From positions 64,001 through 128,000 of the IMG/VR virus record IMGVR_UViG_3300032030_000005: a stretch of DNA of 64,000 nt. One strand, written 5' to 3'. Positions within the stretch are counted from its first letter, which is position 1. Each line of letters starts with the position of its first letter. The position numbers and the translations under genes are program-made. Origin of the DNA: a virus. Taxonomy: Duplodnaviria; Caudoviricetes. The notes below the pieces were generated by a model, which saw only the letters and a program-made list of their open reading frames with translations, made no database searches and was not told the origin of the DNA. Below are positions 47,748 to 57,919 of the stretch, in pieces.

Positions 47748-48782
47748 TTAAATATATAAATTTTCATAATCTCCTTTTTTAATAATAATTTTTCCATTTT
47801 TGATATAAAGGATATTATCAAAATCATTTATTTTTTCGATAGTCGTTGAACTATTTATAAAAAATTCAGCTAAAATTTTATCTAAAATTTTTCTATTTTT
47901 ATAGCTAATTCTAATTAATGAATATTTATTATTATTTATAAAAAAATCAAATTTCTCTTTATCCCTTGCAAGTTGTTCATTAAAGGTTTGTGGAGTATTA
48001 CTAAAAGATAATTCAAAATGTTGTTTTCCATCAAATTCTAGAAATATATTTGATTGTATAACAAAATCAAAAGATTTTGATGTTGAAAATTCATTACAAT
48101 GTTCTTCATCTTCAAAAGAAATATTATTTTTTATTAAAAACTTTTCTATTTCTTTACAATATATTGAATTTTTTATTTTTCTTCCACAATAAGGACATCT
48201 TGCTTTATTACATAAAAATTCTTTTGGAGCTACTTTATATATTTTATTACATTTATTATGTTTAATTTTAAGTGGTTTATCTGTATTTATATATTCTTCT
48301 AAAAAAGTATATTCATCTCCAACGTGATCTTTTACTTCTTTTAAAAATTCATCGTTTGTCCTTTTTGTATTTCTTTTACAGCAAAAAGGACATCTTCTTT
48401 TTGCTCTTACAAAATTATTAGGTGTTACAAAATACACATTACCACACAAATTATGTTTTACTTTTAATTTAGTTTTATCATTTATATATTCTTCTAAAAA
48501 AGTATATTCATCTCCAACTTGATTTTTTATTTCTTTTAAAAATTCATCATTAGATTTTCTTCTATTTTTAGCATTAAATTCCGTGATACATTTCCTACAT
48601 CTACATTTTTTATTTAAAAATGTGTTAGGAGTTACATTATAAATATTACCACACAAATTATGTTTTACTTTTAAAGGTGTATTAGTATTTATATATTCTT
48701 CTAAAAAAGTATATTCATCTCCAACTTGATTTTTTACTTCTTTTAAAAATTCATCGTTAGATTTTTTAATATTTTTTGGCAT
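47748..48782 (-). CDS. Intron-encoded endonuclease: three Zn-ribbon repeats plus a Vsr/EDxHD-like domain
   Basis: NDEFLKE(V/I)K..VGDEYTFLEEYIN occurs three times, then SFDF...FLEFDGKQHF...RDKEK. Same family as 24356-25468. Confidence 0.85.
   Translation of the reverse strand: MPKNIKKSNDEFLKEVKNQVGDEYTFLEEYINTNTPLKVKHNLCGNIYNVTPNTFLNKKCRCRKCITEFNAKNRRKSNDEFLKEIKNQVGDEYTFLEEYINDKTKLKVKHNLCGNVYFVTPNNFVRAKRRCPFCCKRNTKRTNDEFLKEVKDHVGDEYTFLEEYINTDKPLKIKHNKCNKIYKVAPKEFLCNKARCPYCGRKIKNSIYCKEIEKFLIKNNISFEDEEHCNEFSTSKSFDFVIQSNIFLEFDGKQHFELSFSNTPQTFNEQLARDKEKFDFFINNNKYSLIRISYKNRKILDKILAEFFINSSTTIEKINDFDNILYIKNGKIIIKKGDYENLYI
48190..48770 (-). repeat. Three near-identical ~200-bp coding repeats within the intron ORF
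   Basis: TATATTCTTCTAAAAAAGTATATTCATCTCCAAC recurs near 48290, 48486 and 48692. Confidence 0.85.
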
Positions 48783-48970
48783 AACAAATTCTCCTTTTTA
48801 TTAATAAAAAATTTGTTTTGCAATTCACGGAATCTTTTATTTATAAATAGCTGCTGATTGTCCAATCCTTTTGATTTTCAAACATTCACGCTTAGAATTA
48901 CTTCTTACGTTGTAGTTCAAAAGGCTCTAAGGAGTTTCCAGCAATTAAAAAAGTTAAGAACCAATATTTT

Positions 48971-51262
48971 AGCTCTTGGACCTAAGAATTCCTTTAATGC
49001 CACATTATCATCTTTATATGTTAATAATGAGAACGTTTCCATATCTGAAATTCTAGCGATTTTATCATCTGCGGTAACTTGACCTGTTTTCATATTACGT
49101 TTACTTATATCAAGTGAATATGTATTCTTTTTACTAAGCATCTGTTGTAATCTTCGGATATCTACATAGAGAACTGGAACTTTATATCTAGTTCTAATAG
49201 GATCATCTTTATGACCATCTTGCTTATAATATACATACTCTTCCGTAGGAACTTTTAAGAAGTCTAACGCATCTTTACAATCTTTAATTCTAGGGCAATT
49301 CTTATTAGGAAGTATTTCTAAATAGAAGTTCTTCTTATCATCTTTTAAGAATTCTTTCATATATTTATCGAATTTGTCATCATTCATAGAACTAAAAAGC
49401 TTCTTATATTTCTGAGTGTTTGCTCCTGTTTTATCAAGTAAGCTTAATGTTTTATAAATCTTTTCTTCAATTTGTTTTCTTTTAGCTGAATTAATAGACT
49501 CATTTAAAATTATATTAGAACTTTCATTAATAGTTTCAAATAATGTAAAAGAAGGATTTGCAATTATCTTAAAGTTATTTAATGCTTTAAGTTGATCTGT
49601 TAATTCAAAGTTTCTACTTTCAATTCTATAATCCTTTAAATCGAACTTCTTTACATAATAATCTAACATTTCTTTCATTAAATTATCAGCTTTGTATTCA
49701 GATGAAGCTTCTATAGCTATAAATGTAGGAATTGTTCTCTTATTAGAATCATCATCCATATTATATATCTTATCTTTGACTATTACATAACCAGCAACAT
49801 TATTATTCTTATCTATAAATAATAAACCATGTTCATCTCCGGCTAATTTCTGATAATTTCTTAATCGATAATGTGTTTTACCATATTTAAATAAATTCTG
49901 TGGAGTCATTTCTAATATAGTAAACTGAGCTAATACACTATTCTTAAAGTCTTCTTCATCTTGTACTGTATTAGTATAACGATAACCATTATCTTTATTA
50001 GTATTTAAATTAATAAGACTTGTTAAGAAATCTTTATTAGTCTTTGAATTATTTAAGATAAATGTTAATACATCTGAAGTTAATCCTTCTACTGTATAGA
50101 ATAAATTATCTTCATTGTATTCATTATAAACTTCATTTAAGATATCTCTCATATCATCAATAGATTCAAATTCATTTATACCCATCATAATATTATTATT
50201 ACATTCTAAGTAATAAGTCTTATTATCTTTTTCAAATGTAGGACATAATGAAGTTTTCTCTCCTAATGAATAGACTTGCATCTTAGGATTATAACCTAAA
50301 TCATAAAGTTTATTAAATACTGCAGAAGATCTTTGAGCTGCAGAACTTAAACCTACTGCATTAGGAGCTACTGCACCTTCTAAGCAAGTACTAAAATAAT
50401 CAAAGATATCTTCATAATTAGTAAGTTCTACACTTTCCATTAAAGGCTTATTATTATTTACATACTTCTCTAAAAATTCTTTAGGAGTCATTCTATTATT
50501 AGCTGATTCTACTGGATTAATAAAGTTCATATCAGTAGCTATCATATTAAATGATAATAATCTAGTCTCATAATCATATACATCTATATTAGGAACTTTT
50601 ATCAATTCAAACAGATGTAATAAATAGTTTACTGAAGCATATTCATAATATGTCTTCTGTTCATTTTGATCATCTAATAAATCCCAATTAATAGTATGAT
50701 ATAATGTAAATAAATCTGAAATATTAAATAATGAATTTATTTCTTCAAAATCTCTTAAGAATTTTTCATAACATTCATCCGGTACTAATTTGTTATAAAT
50801 ATGAATATATTTATTTTCTGATTCATATAACATATTATCAAATGATGCAATATCTATTTTATAATTAGTTATATCTGTAACATCCTGATAAATACCATAT
50901 GCTTTATTCTTAAAATTATTATCCCAAACAATGCATAATTTAATAAGTGTATTTTTATTATTAAAAAATTTAAAGATAGGTACTACACTTAATATATGAT
51001 ATTTCTTAGTTAAATCTCTTGTAAGATAATTTTCTGTATTATTTTTAAGAAATCTAACTGAATTAAACCAACTAGAAGATGGTCTTGTAAAATCTTTAGG
51101 GTCGTTTAATTTAGGAAGACCACTATTAAAATAATTACTAACATTAGCTATTTCTTTATGGCTTAATGTATCTCCACAAAATGGACAAGGCGTTTCTAAC
51201 AATGCTTGTTCAAATACAGAGTTACATGTATTACATTTACAATATGTATTATTTTCACTCAT
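48971..51262 (-). CDS. RNAP beta-like C-terminal subunit, exon 1, with a ~590-aa N-terminal extension (spliced product about 829 aa)
   Basis: VPVLYVDIRRLQQML...RNMKTGQV..DDKIARISDMETFSL matches the beta motif TQQP.GG.....GQRFGEME. Late promoter 51289-51300. Confidence 0.88.
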
Positions 51263-51328
51263 AGGATATTCACCTCTTTCTTAAAGTATAACAAGATGTT
51301 GGGATCATATAAAATATTTAAAATGTAA

Positions 51329-51360
51329 AAAAAAAATACTCCCGAAGGAGTATTTTTTTT
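51329..51360 (-). terminator. Terminator of the 51359-51658 cassette
   Basis: On the minus strand ACTCC-TTCG-GGAGT (UUCG loop) plus a T run. Confidence 0.85.
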
Positions 51361-51658
51361 AATAATCATATCCTTTTTTAAAATGGTAATCGGCTATCTG
51401 GTAATATAGCCGATATGTGGCTATTATATCTTCGATTGAACCACATCCAAATTCGCCGTCTCGGAGAACAGCTTTTATCAGTTCAATCGTTTTTTGGCAG
51501 ATCGTCCACTGCCAGCCATCATCGGCATCGAAGAGGGTTTGCATGGTGTCTCCATTTACATTACCTCCTTTTTGGGCGAAAGCCCATTCATTAAAACTTT
51601 TAATATTCCCACCTTCTAATTTAGTGAGAATTTCTTCATTAATAATAATTTCCGTCAT
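51359..51658 (-). CDS. Small early protein in a stand-alone cassette
   Basis: AAGGAGG RBS, early promoter 51730-51746, terminator 51329-51360. Visibly higher GC than its flanks. Confidence 0.75.
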   Translation of the reverse strand: MTEIIINEEILTKLEGGNIKSFNEWAFAQKGGNVNGDTMQTLFDADDGWQWTICQKTIELIKAVLRDGEFGCGSIEDIIATYRLYYQIADYHFKKGYDY

Positions 51659-51779
51659 ACTAATTCCTCCTTACATAGATAGTTTATTTATAAGACGTAT
51701 CTAGGTCTTGTTTAATATTTCATATTTTCCATAATTATAATATATATTTGAGTGTATTTTTTATTACAGTTAATAAATA

Positions 51780-51809
51780 TCCCTTAAGACTAATTATAGT
51801 CTTAAGGGA
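51780..51809 (-). terminator. Terminator after the large wedge-like gene
   Basis: TCCCTTAAGACTA-ATTA-TAGTCTTAAGGGA. Confidence 0.75.
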
Positions 51810-51815
51810 AATAAA

Positions 51816-54800
51816 TTAAACAGTTTTATCTAATACTATATCAAGTTCCATAGCATTATTGTTTATAGTTGCTGGTGTATAGAATTTAAAATAACTATCT
51901 CTAAGATCCATTGATGATTGAATTATAAATAATTTATTTACACTAATATTATCAACTGGTTTTAAAGTCATTGTTATTGTACTAGAAGGATTATTTTTAT
52001 AATGGAATAAATAATCATTATTATTGTCTGTACCATCATATATAATAGATGAAAAATAATCTTTAAATGAACGACCATCAACAATATTAGTTTCAGATCT
52101 ATTATTTAAAATAGATCTATTTTCACTATCAATCACTGAACTGTCACTATATATAGGTTTATAAAGTATATCACAATTTTCAGTATCTCTATAATTACCA
52201 ATAACATCATATTTACTATTATTTTTAATATATTTATAAAATTTTTTATTTGTTAATGATACAAATATCATTTTATATTTATATATTTCATCTATTAAAT
52301 CTTCTAATGTTGTAAATGGATTTCCACTTGAATATCCTTTAGAACCACTAATTGGACAACCAACAGTTTCAAATAAATCAAAGACCATATTTAATAAAGC
52401 AGCTTCTGAATAGGTCTGACCATCTTGAGTTTCTCGTAATTCAAGATAGTAATTAGTTTTATTTGTATTATCACCAACTATTTTATAAGTAGTTCCTGTT
52501 GATGTAATATCTTCTGTTAAATTAATACAACTTTGAATTTGCTGTCTTTCATTATCTGTCATTTCATGACCTAAATTAACATACAATATTAATTCTTTAT
52601 TGACAATTCTATTTGCAGGATTTGCAATAGTATCTTTTTCAATATATTTAGCTACATTAAAGAAAGACTCATATGTATACTGAGCGTACATCGAATATGC
52701 TTCATTTAATTCTAATTCTATATTTTCAAGTGAATTACCTTCTAATATATACTTTAAATCATCTATATTATTAGTTGTTTTGTCATTAGTTAAAATATAA
52801 GTTTCTGTAATATCATCATATGTAGGAATATAATATTTATAAGAATTATCTTCATTTATTAAATAATAAATATATTCTTTATTTACTAAATTATTGTCAT
52901 TTAAATAAGTCATATAATCTTCAGAAACTAATGGTACAAGCATAGGATGAATTCGTTTATTATAAGGAATTCTATTGACAATTACACTATTATAACTTCT
53001 TGATGGTCTAATATAGAAGCCTGTAGTTCTTGAAGTATCTTTATTAATACGGTGAGTATTATTATAATACTTAACAAAGAAATCTTTATTTTTTGTCAAT
53101 ACATTAAAATTACCATAATCATATAAGTTATTATAATTTACATCGTATTTATTAAACGAACTTGGATAATTATCAAAAATATTATCTAATGGATCAACAA
53201 TGTAACCATTTACAACACTGCTATATCCACCAAATACATTTGGATCATAGTAAATTTTTACTTCTGTATCCGTTTCCTTATCCATATCATGTGTCATAAC
53301 ATATGGTCTAATATCTCCAATAAACTGATATATTGTTGGTATTGTAAAGACATCTTCAAATGTTCCTGCAGAATAATTATAAATATGTGAATGAGATATA
53401 CCAGTATCATCTACTGTCATATATCCAATATATCTATGTAATACACCTGATATAGTTTGATCATAGTCCTGAGATGTATAATCTAAATAATATAAACCAG
53501 TACGACTATCTCTAGTGTTTTCCCAATAATTTTTAAATTCATTATCATTATCTTTACAATATACTTTATGTAAAGTAGTGTCTATAAAATACATATTATT
53601 TTGGTTCAAATATTGTTTAAGTTTATAAATTTCTGGTTGTGTATCTGGATCTGGATCTGTTGTTAATGCTGTATAAATATCATCTTCTGTTGTTAAATAC
53701 TGTAAATGATAATAGACATCATCATTATCTATTGTTGATTTAAAATAGCAAAATGATAACATTTTAGAGTCTACTGTCTTAATACTTACTTTATCATTAT
53801 TATGATAGAAATCGTAAGACTCCTTAACATATTTAAACTTCTTTTGAGAAAGTCCTAATTTGCTTGGAATAGTTTGATTTTCATATATAGCATTAAACTG
53901 ATCTGGTGTTAAACTTGTAGTACCATAAGGAAGATTATCTTCTTTTTTAAATAACTTAAATTCTACATTACAATATTTTAAATATTTTTCATCCACACCC
54001 GGATCTAAAAAACCATCAACTTTATTGTATACTGATAAACTATAAGCTACATCTAAATCTGCATTTTCTTTTCTTATATCATCTTGGAAATCTATATATT
54101 CATTTTTAGTATGAAATTCTAGATTTTCTATTAATGTTGGATCATCATCAGGACCTATTTCAATTATATCATCAGGTTCTAACTCAGGTTTTCTTCCTGA
54201 TTTATCTCTATTATAACCATCGAATATTTTAATATAGTCATTTGTAGAATCATTAAATTCAATAATATTTTTAGCATATAAAGTATCTAATGTATAAGCT
54301 TTAAATACTTCAATTAATAATCTTGCATAATCTTTAATATCAGAGAATATTATATTGAATGTACTATTATAAACTATATTATCAGTACTATTAATATAAC
54401 TTTCAATAGAAGATGATAATTCTAATAATCTATTTTCTATTTCAGTTCTACGATCGTTATCATTATTAAATTCACCAAAACTTGTTACATATGTATATAA
54501 CTCTTCATCATTAGCAACTAAATATTCTTTAAAACTATCGAATCCTTTATAAGTCTCATAATTAAAATTAGATTTAAACTTATGATTCCATAATTCTCTA
54601 AGACTATTATAAATATCTCTATTAGTAGCTTCTTTGATAAATGTCTCTAATTGTAATCTTATACTTTCATTTTTAGTGTATATATCCATAAATTCAGATA
54701 TTGTAATATCTGACTTTTTATTTTCTATATCTGTTAAACCAGTAATAGACTGACTATCATTTAAATTCTTACTAAATATTTCTTTCTTTAAAGAAGCAAA

Positions 54801-56894
54801 TAATTCTAAGAATACATATGCATTAGGATATTTTAATAAAGAGTCATTCGTAAAGAAAGTACTTTGATGTGTTCTTATAAATTTAATAAAATTCTTAAAG
54901 CCTTCTTCATTTTCATAATTAGAAATAAATTTCTTTAAATTATAATCATCATATCCATATACTTCAAATATATAGTTTACTAAATCTGTATATATTGGAT
55001 TAGCATCTGGATGATCTGTAGTTCTGTTACCTATTATAAAGTTATAGAATATATCATAATCATTATTATAATAAGTAACAAATCTAGGATTTATTACAGT
55101 ACTAGATGTTAATTCTCCATTAATAATTAAATAAGCTAAATATTTCTTGAATAATAATTTGAAATTAGGATATATATTTAAAGCTGCAATAGGCATACTA
55201 TATGAGAAGATTAAATCTAATAAATATTCAAGAGATTCTTTAAGATTATCATGTAATACATTACTATATAGATCAAAAGTTTCTTTAGCTCTCTTATATG
55301 AAATAAACTTATTATGATTATAATATTCTACAGCATTGATATATCTTGCTAAATTTAAGAATTCTTCTTTAATAATATTACCATTTAATTTAACTATTTG
55401 ATAACTATTATTATCATATGTTATATAACTTGGATTCTTATAATAATATGCAATAGTTTCAAAGGTATAGTTATCACTATAATAAAAATCTTTTAAATTA
55501 AAGTCATTATTTAAAAAATTCTTTAATTTATTATTCCATTCTAATGTACTTTCTGTTGTATCAAATCTACTATTTTCTTCATCTATTTCATTGAATATGT
55601 CATTGATAATTCTTTTTGTTTCGTCATCATTTTTATAATTACTATACCCATGAATATTATTAATGTATCCATCTCCATCTCCTTCCGGATCTATCTTATC
55701 AGCAGGTTCTCCTGTAAAATCATCATTCTTAATATATGTATAATATAAAGAGAATATTGCTAACATTGCATCATATAAGTCTATAGCTTTAGATGTAATG
55801 TTTTTATTAAAGAATCTTAATGATGTTTTTAAATTATTATTGGCATCATCTAAGATAGCTTCATTTAACAGATACATAAAGTAAGATAATGATTTACTAT
55901 TTTTAATAATATTTACAATATATTCAATTGAAATATATTTAGTGTCTAAAGAATTAAATCTCTGACATAATATTTCATTTTTAGAAGCTCTCCAGTATGG
56001 ATCATCTTCAGTAATTTCTTCAAAAGTAAAATTAGGGTTTATATCAGTATTAAGCTCTTCATTATATGGAGTCTTATAAAAATATAAATCTCCTTCAGGT
56101 TTATCTTTTGTAGGATTATATTTAACTAAACTATATTTATAAAGATTAATATTGTTAGTCATTAATACTTGTTTAATATAATCAAATACTTTGTCATCAC
56201 CTTTATCTCTTTGAAGATCATTTAGTAATTTAATTAATCTTCGTTGATAATTTAAAGGTAACATATCAAAGTAGTCTACACCATTAGAAATAAAATAGTT
56301 TTTACACTGATATTTACTAAATGTATCTACATTAAACTGGTCTTTCATTCTATTAGTAATATATCTACTAATAGCCATAAATATAAGATATACTTCAGAA
56401 AATTCTCTAAACATATCTTCTGCTTTAAATGACTTAGTTCTAGTTACATTATTCCAATAAAATAAAGCTTCTTTATAACATTTAATAAATAAATCTAACT
56501 GCTGTTCTGTTAATAAACTTTTACCATTATCATCTGTTGTATTAACAGACATTAATATATCAAAATCTTCTGCCAATCTTGATTTTAATGGATCAATATT
56601 ATAAGTCTTTAATAACCAATTATAATACTTATTACTTTCTATATATTTTACTTTAAGATTTTCTCTTTGTGTTTCATTATATTCATCTTGTTTAAGACAA
56701 GCTTTTATGTATATATTACTATTTCTAGCAGATGTTGAAGTCTCATTCTTAGTTGCAAGATCATCGTTTTTAAGTATTAAACCAGAACAATAATCAAATA
56801 AATTCTGTAATTCATCTATATCATTAGTATTTACTAAACCATACGAATATTTTTTAAATAATTCTCTACGACTTAATGTATCCATAAAAAACAC
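51816..56894 (-). CDS. Large virion structural protein, probably baseplate wedge
   Basis: 1692 aa. LPLNYQRRLIKLLNDLQRDKGDDKVF resembles the wedge L..KGT motif; also EDDPYW and TKYISI. Late promoter. Start may be ATG 56885. Confidence 0.6.
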   Translation of the reverse strand: MFFMDTLSRRELFKKYSYGLVNTNDIDELQNLFDYCSGLILKNDDLATKNETSTSARNSNIYIKACLKQDEYNETQRENLKVKYIESNKYYNWLLKTYNIDPLKSRLAEDFDILMSVNTTDDNGKSLLTEQQLDLFIKCYKEALFYWNNVTRTKSFKAEDMFREFSEVYLIFMAISRYITNRMKDQFNVDTFSKYQCKNYFISNGVDYFDMLPLNYQRRLIKLLNDLQRDKGDDKVFDYIKQVLMTNNINLYKYSLVKYNPTKDKPEGDLYFYKTPYNEELNTDINPNFTFEEITEDDPYWRASKNEILCQRFNSLDTKYISIEYIVNIIKNSKSLSYFMYLLNEAILDDANNNLKTSLRFFNKNITSKAIDLYDAMLAIFSLYYTYIKNDDFTGEPADKIDPEGDGDGYINNIHGYSNYKNDDETKRIINDIFNEIDEENSRFDTTESTLEWNNKLKNFLNNDFNLKDFYYSDNYTFETIAYYYKNPSYITYDNNSYQIVKLNGNIIKEEFLNLARYINAVEYYNHNKFISYKRAKETFDLYSNVLHDNLKESLEYLLDLIFSYSMPIAALNIYPNFKLLFKKYLAYLIINGELTSSTVINPRFVTYYNNDYDIFYNFIIGNRTTDHPDANPIYTDLVNYIFEVYGYDDYNLKKFISNYENEEGFKNFIKFIRTHQSTFFTNDSLLKYPNAYVFLELFASLKKEIFSKNLNDSQSITGLTDIENKKSDITISEFMDIYTKNESIRLQLETFIKEATNRDIYNSLRELWNHKFKSNFNYETYKGFDSFKEYLVANDEELYTYVTSFGEFNNDNDRRTEIENRLLELSSSIESYINSTDNIVYNSTFNIIFSDIKDYARLLIEVFKAYTLDTLYAKNIIEFNDSTNDYIKIFDGYNRDKSGRKPELEPDDIIEIGPDDDPTLIENLEFHTKNEYIDFQDDIRKENADLDVAYSLSVYNKVDGFLDPGVDEKYLKYCNVEFKLFKKEDNLPYGTTSLTPDQFNAIYENQTIPSKLGLSQKKFKYVKESYDFYHNNDKVSIKTVDSKMLSFCYFKSTIDNDDVYYHLQYLTTEDDIYTALTTDPDPDTQPEIYKLKQYLNQNNMYFIDTTLHKVYCKDNDNEFKNYWENTRDSRTGLYYLDYTSQDYDQTISGVLHRYIGYMTVDDTGISHSHIYNYSAGTFEDVFTIPTIYQFIGDIRPYVMTHDMDKETDTEVKIYYDPNVFGGYSSVVNGYIVDPLDNIFDNYPSSFNKYDVNYNNLYDYGNFNVLTKNKDFFVKYYNNTHRINKDTSRTTGFYIRPSRSYNSVIVNRIPYNKRIHPMLVPLVSEDYMTYLNDNNLVNKEYIYYLINEDNSYKYYIPTYDDITETYILTNDKTTNNIDDLKYILEGNSLENIELELNEAYSMYAQYTYESFFNVAKYIEKDTIANPANRIVNKELILYVNLGHEMTDNERQQIQSCINLTEDITSTGTTYKIVGDNTNKTNYYLELRETQDGQTYSEAALLNMVFDLFETVGCPISGSKGYSSGNPFTTLEDLIDEIYKYKMIFVSLTNKKFYKYIKNNSKYDVIGNYRDTENCDILYKPIYSDSSVIDSENRSILNNRSETNIVDGRSFKDYFSSIIYDGTDNNNDYLFHYKNNPSSTITMTLKPVDNISVNKLFIIQSSMDLRDSYFKFYTPATINNNAMELDIVLDKTV

Positions 56895-57054
56895 CTCACT
56901 TTTATAATTTAAGTTATTGTTAAAATTAAAATTTTTCTTTTATTATATAGAAATTTTCAAATTTTATTTTTAATTTAAATTATATATTATATTTATGTAA
57001 ATTAAAAAATAAATTTCTAAAATAATATATAATTATATAGGGGGTTAAAAATGA

Positions 57055-57825
57055 ATGTCTAATTTATATATTAAACATAATTATTTAAACAAAAATATAA
57101 AATATATAAAAAATGCAATAATAAAAGAGTATGATATGAAAAATGGTGGACTATCAATACTCTATAATAAAAATTTTATAACCAAGAAAAAGTATGAATA
57201 TTATTTAAGTTTAGATAAAAATAAAAGAAATATAGAGATTGGTTTATGGCTTAAGAAAAATAAAGAAGCTAATAAAGGATTAATGGAAGGCTTCAAAGAA
57301 GCTAGACAATTATTCTTTGAAGTTAATGAAATAACTGATAAAGATGTATTATCAATTAAAAAAGATGCTATATTTCTAATAGATAAAGAAATTAAAGTAG
57401 AACAGGTTAATGATAATTATCTATTCAGAAATAAAAATGATTATTCTAGTTATATAAATTTAAATGGTAAAGAATTCTATTATTCAATAATGGATGATAT
57501 ATTAGACGTTAAAGGATTTCAAGAAGAAGTTGTTAATATACAAAAAGATTATCTATTTAAATTTATAAAGGAATGTCTAAAATTAGATGCAGATGGTAAT
57601 CAGGAAAAATTATTAATTAAGCTTCTTGAATTTAAAGATGATTTTCTGTCTAAATCTCTAGATTATCATTATTATTATGATATTAATTATAATGGTTATA
57701 TATTTAATATGGATAATAGTTTTTTATCAATGAAAGATATTAATGAAGATATCTTGAAGAATGATTATTTAATTATGAATAATAATTTAAATATCATAAT
57801 AGAACTTATATCAAATATTTATTAA
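57055..57825 (+). CDS. Small divergent family-B DNA polymerase-like (palm) protein
   Basis: IKEYDMKNGGLSIL (motif A-like), IEIGLW, LSIKKDAIF (motif C-like), LDVKG. Early promoter. Confidence 0.55.
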   Translation: MSNLYIKHNYLNKNIKYIKNAIIKEYDMKNGGLSILYNKNFITKKKYEYYLSLDKNKRNIEIGLWLKKNKEANKGLMEGFKEARQLFFEVNEITDKDVLSIKKDAIFLIDKEIKVEQVNDNYLFRNKNDYSSYINLNGKEFYYSIMDDILDVKGFQEEVVNIQKDYLFKFIKECLKLDADGNQEKLLIKLLEFKDDFLSKSLDYHYYYDINYNGYIFNMDNSFLSMKDINEDILKNDYLIMNNNLNIIIELISNIY

Positions 57826-57919
57826 GGGATACAATGTATCCCTTTATTTTTTTGGCAAAAATGGCTTATAACAACAAAGAATTATAGCTAAACAAATTAT
57901 AAATTTTTAAATTTAATGT

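Larger units (their letters stand above)
47588..48970 (-). ncRNA. Group I intron (IA-like) in the RNAP beta-C gene (1383 nt)
   Basis: P1: AAGAGCU|AA pairs with UUGGUUCUU, giving U.G at the splice site. AAUUGCUGGAAA and AAUCAGCAG elements. R element UCAACGACUA (47849-47840). S element AAGAUAUAGUCU (47672-47661). Terminal G at 47588. Confidence 0.92.

Noticed and set aside
48858-49082. Plus-strand ORFs 48858-49082 and 48077-48265
   Set aside because: They are antisense to the intron and the RNAP or nuclease genes and have no RBS.
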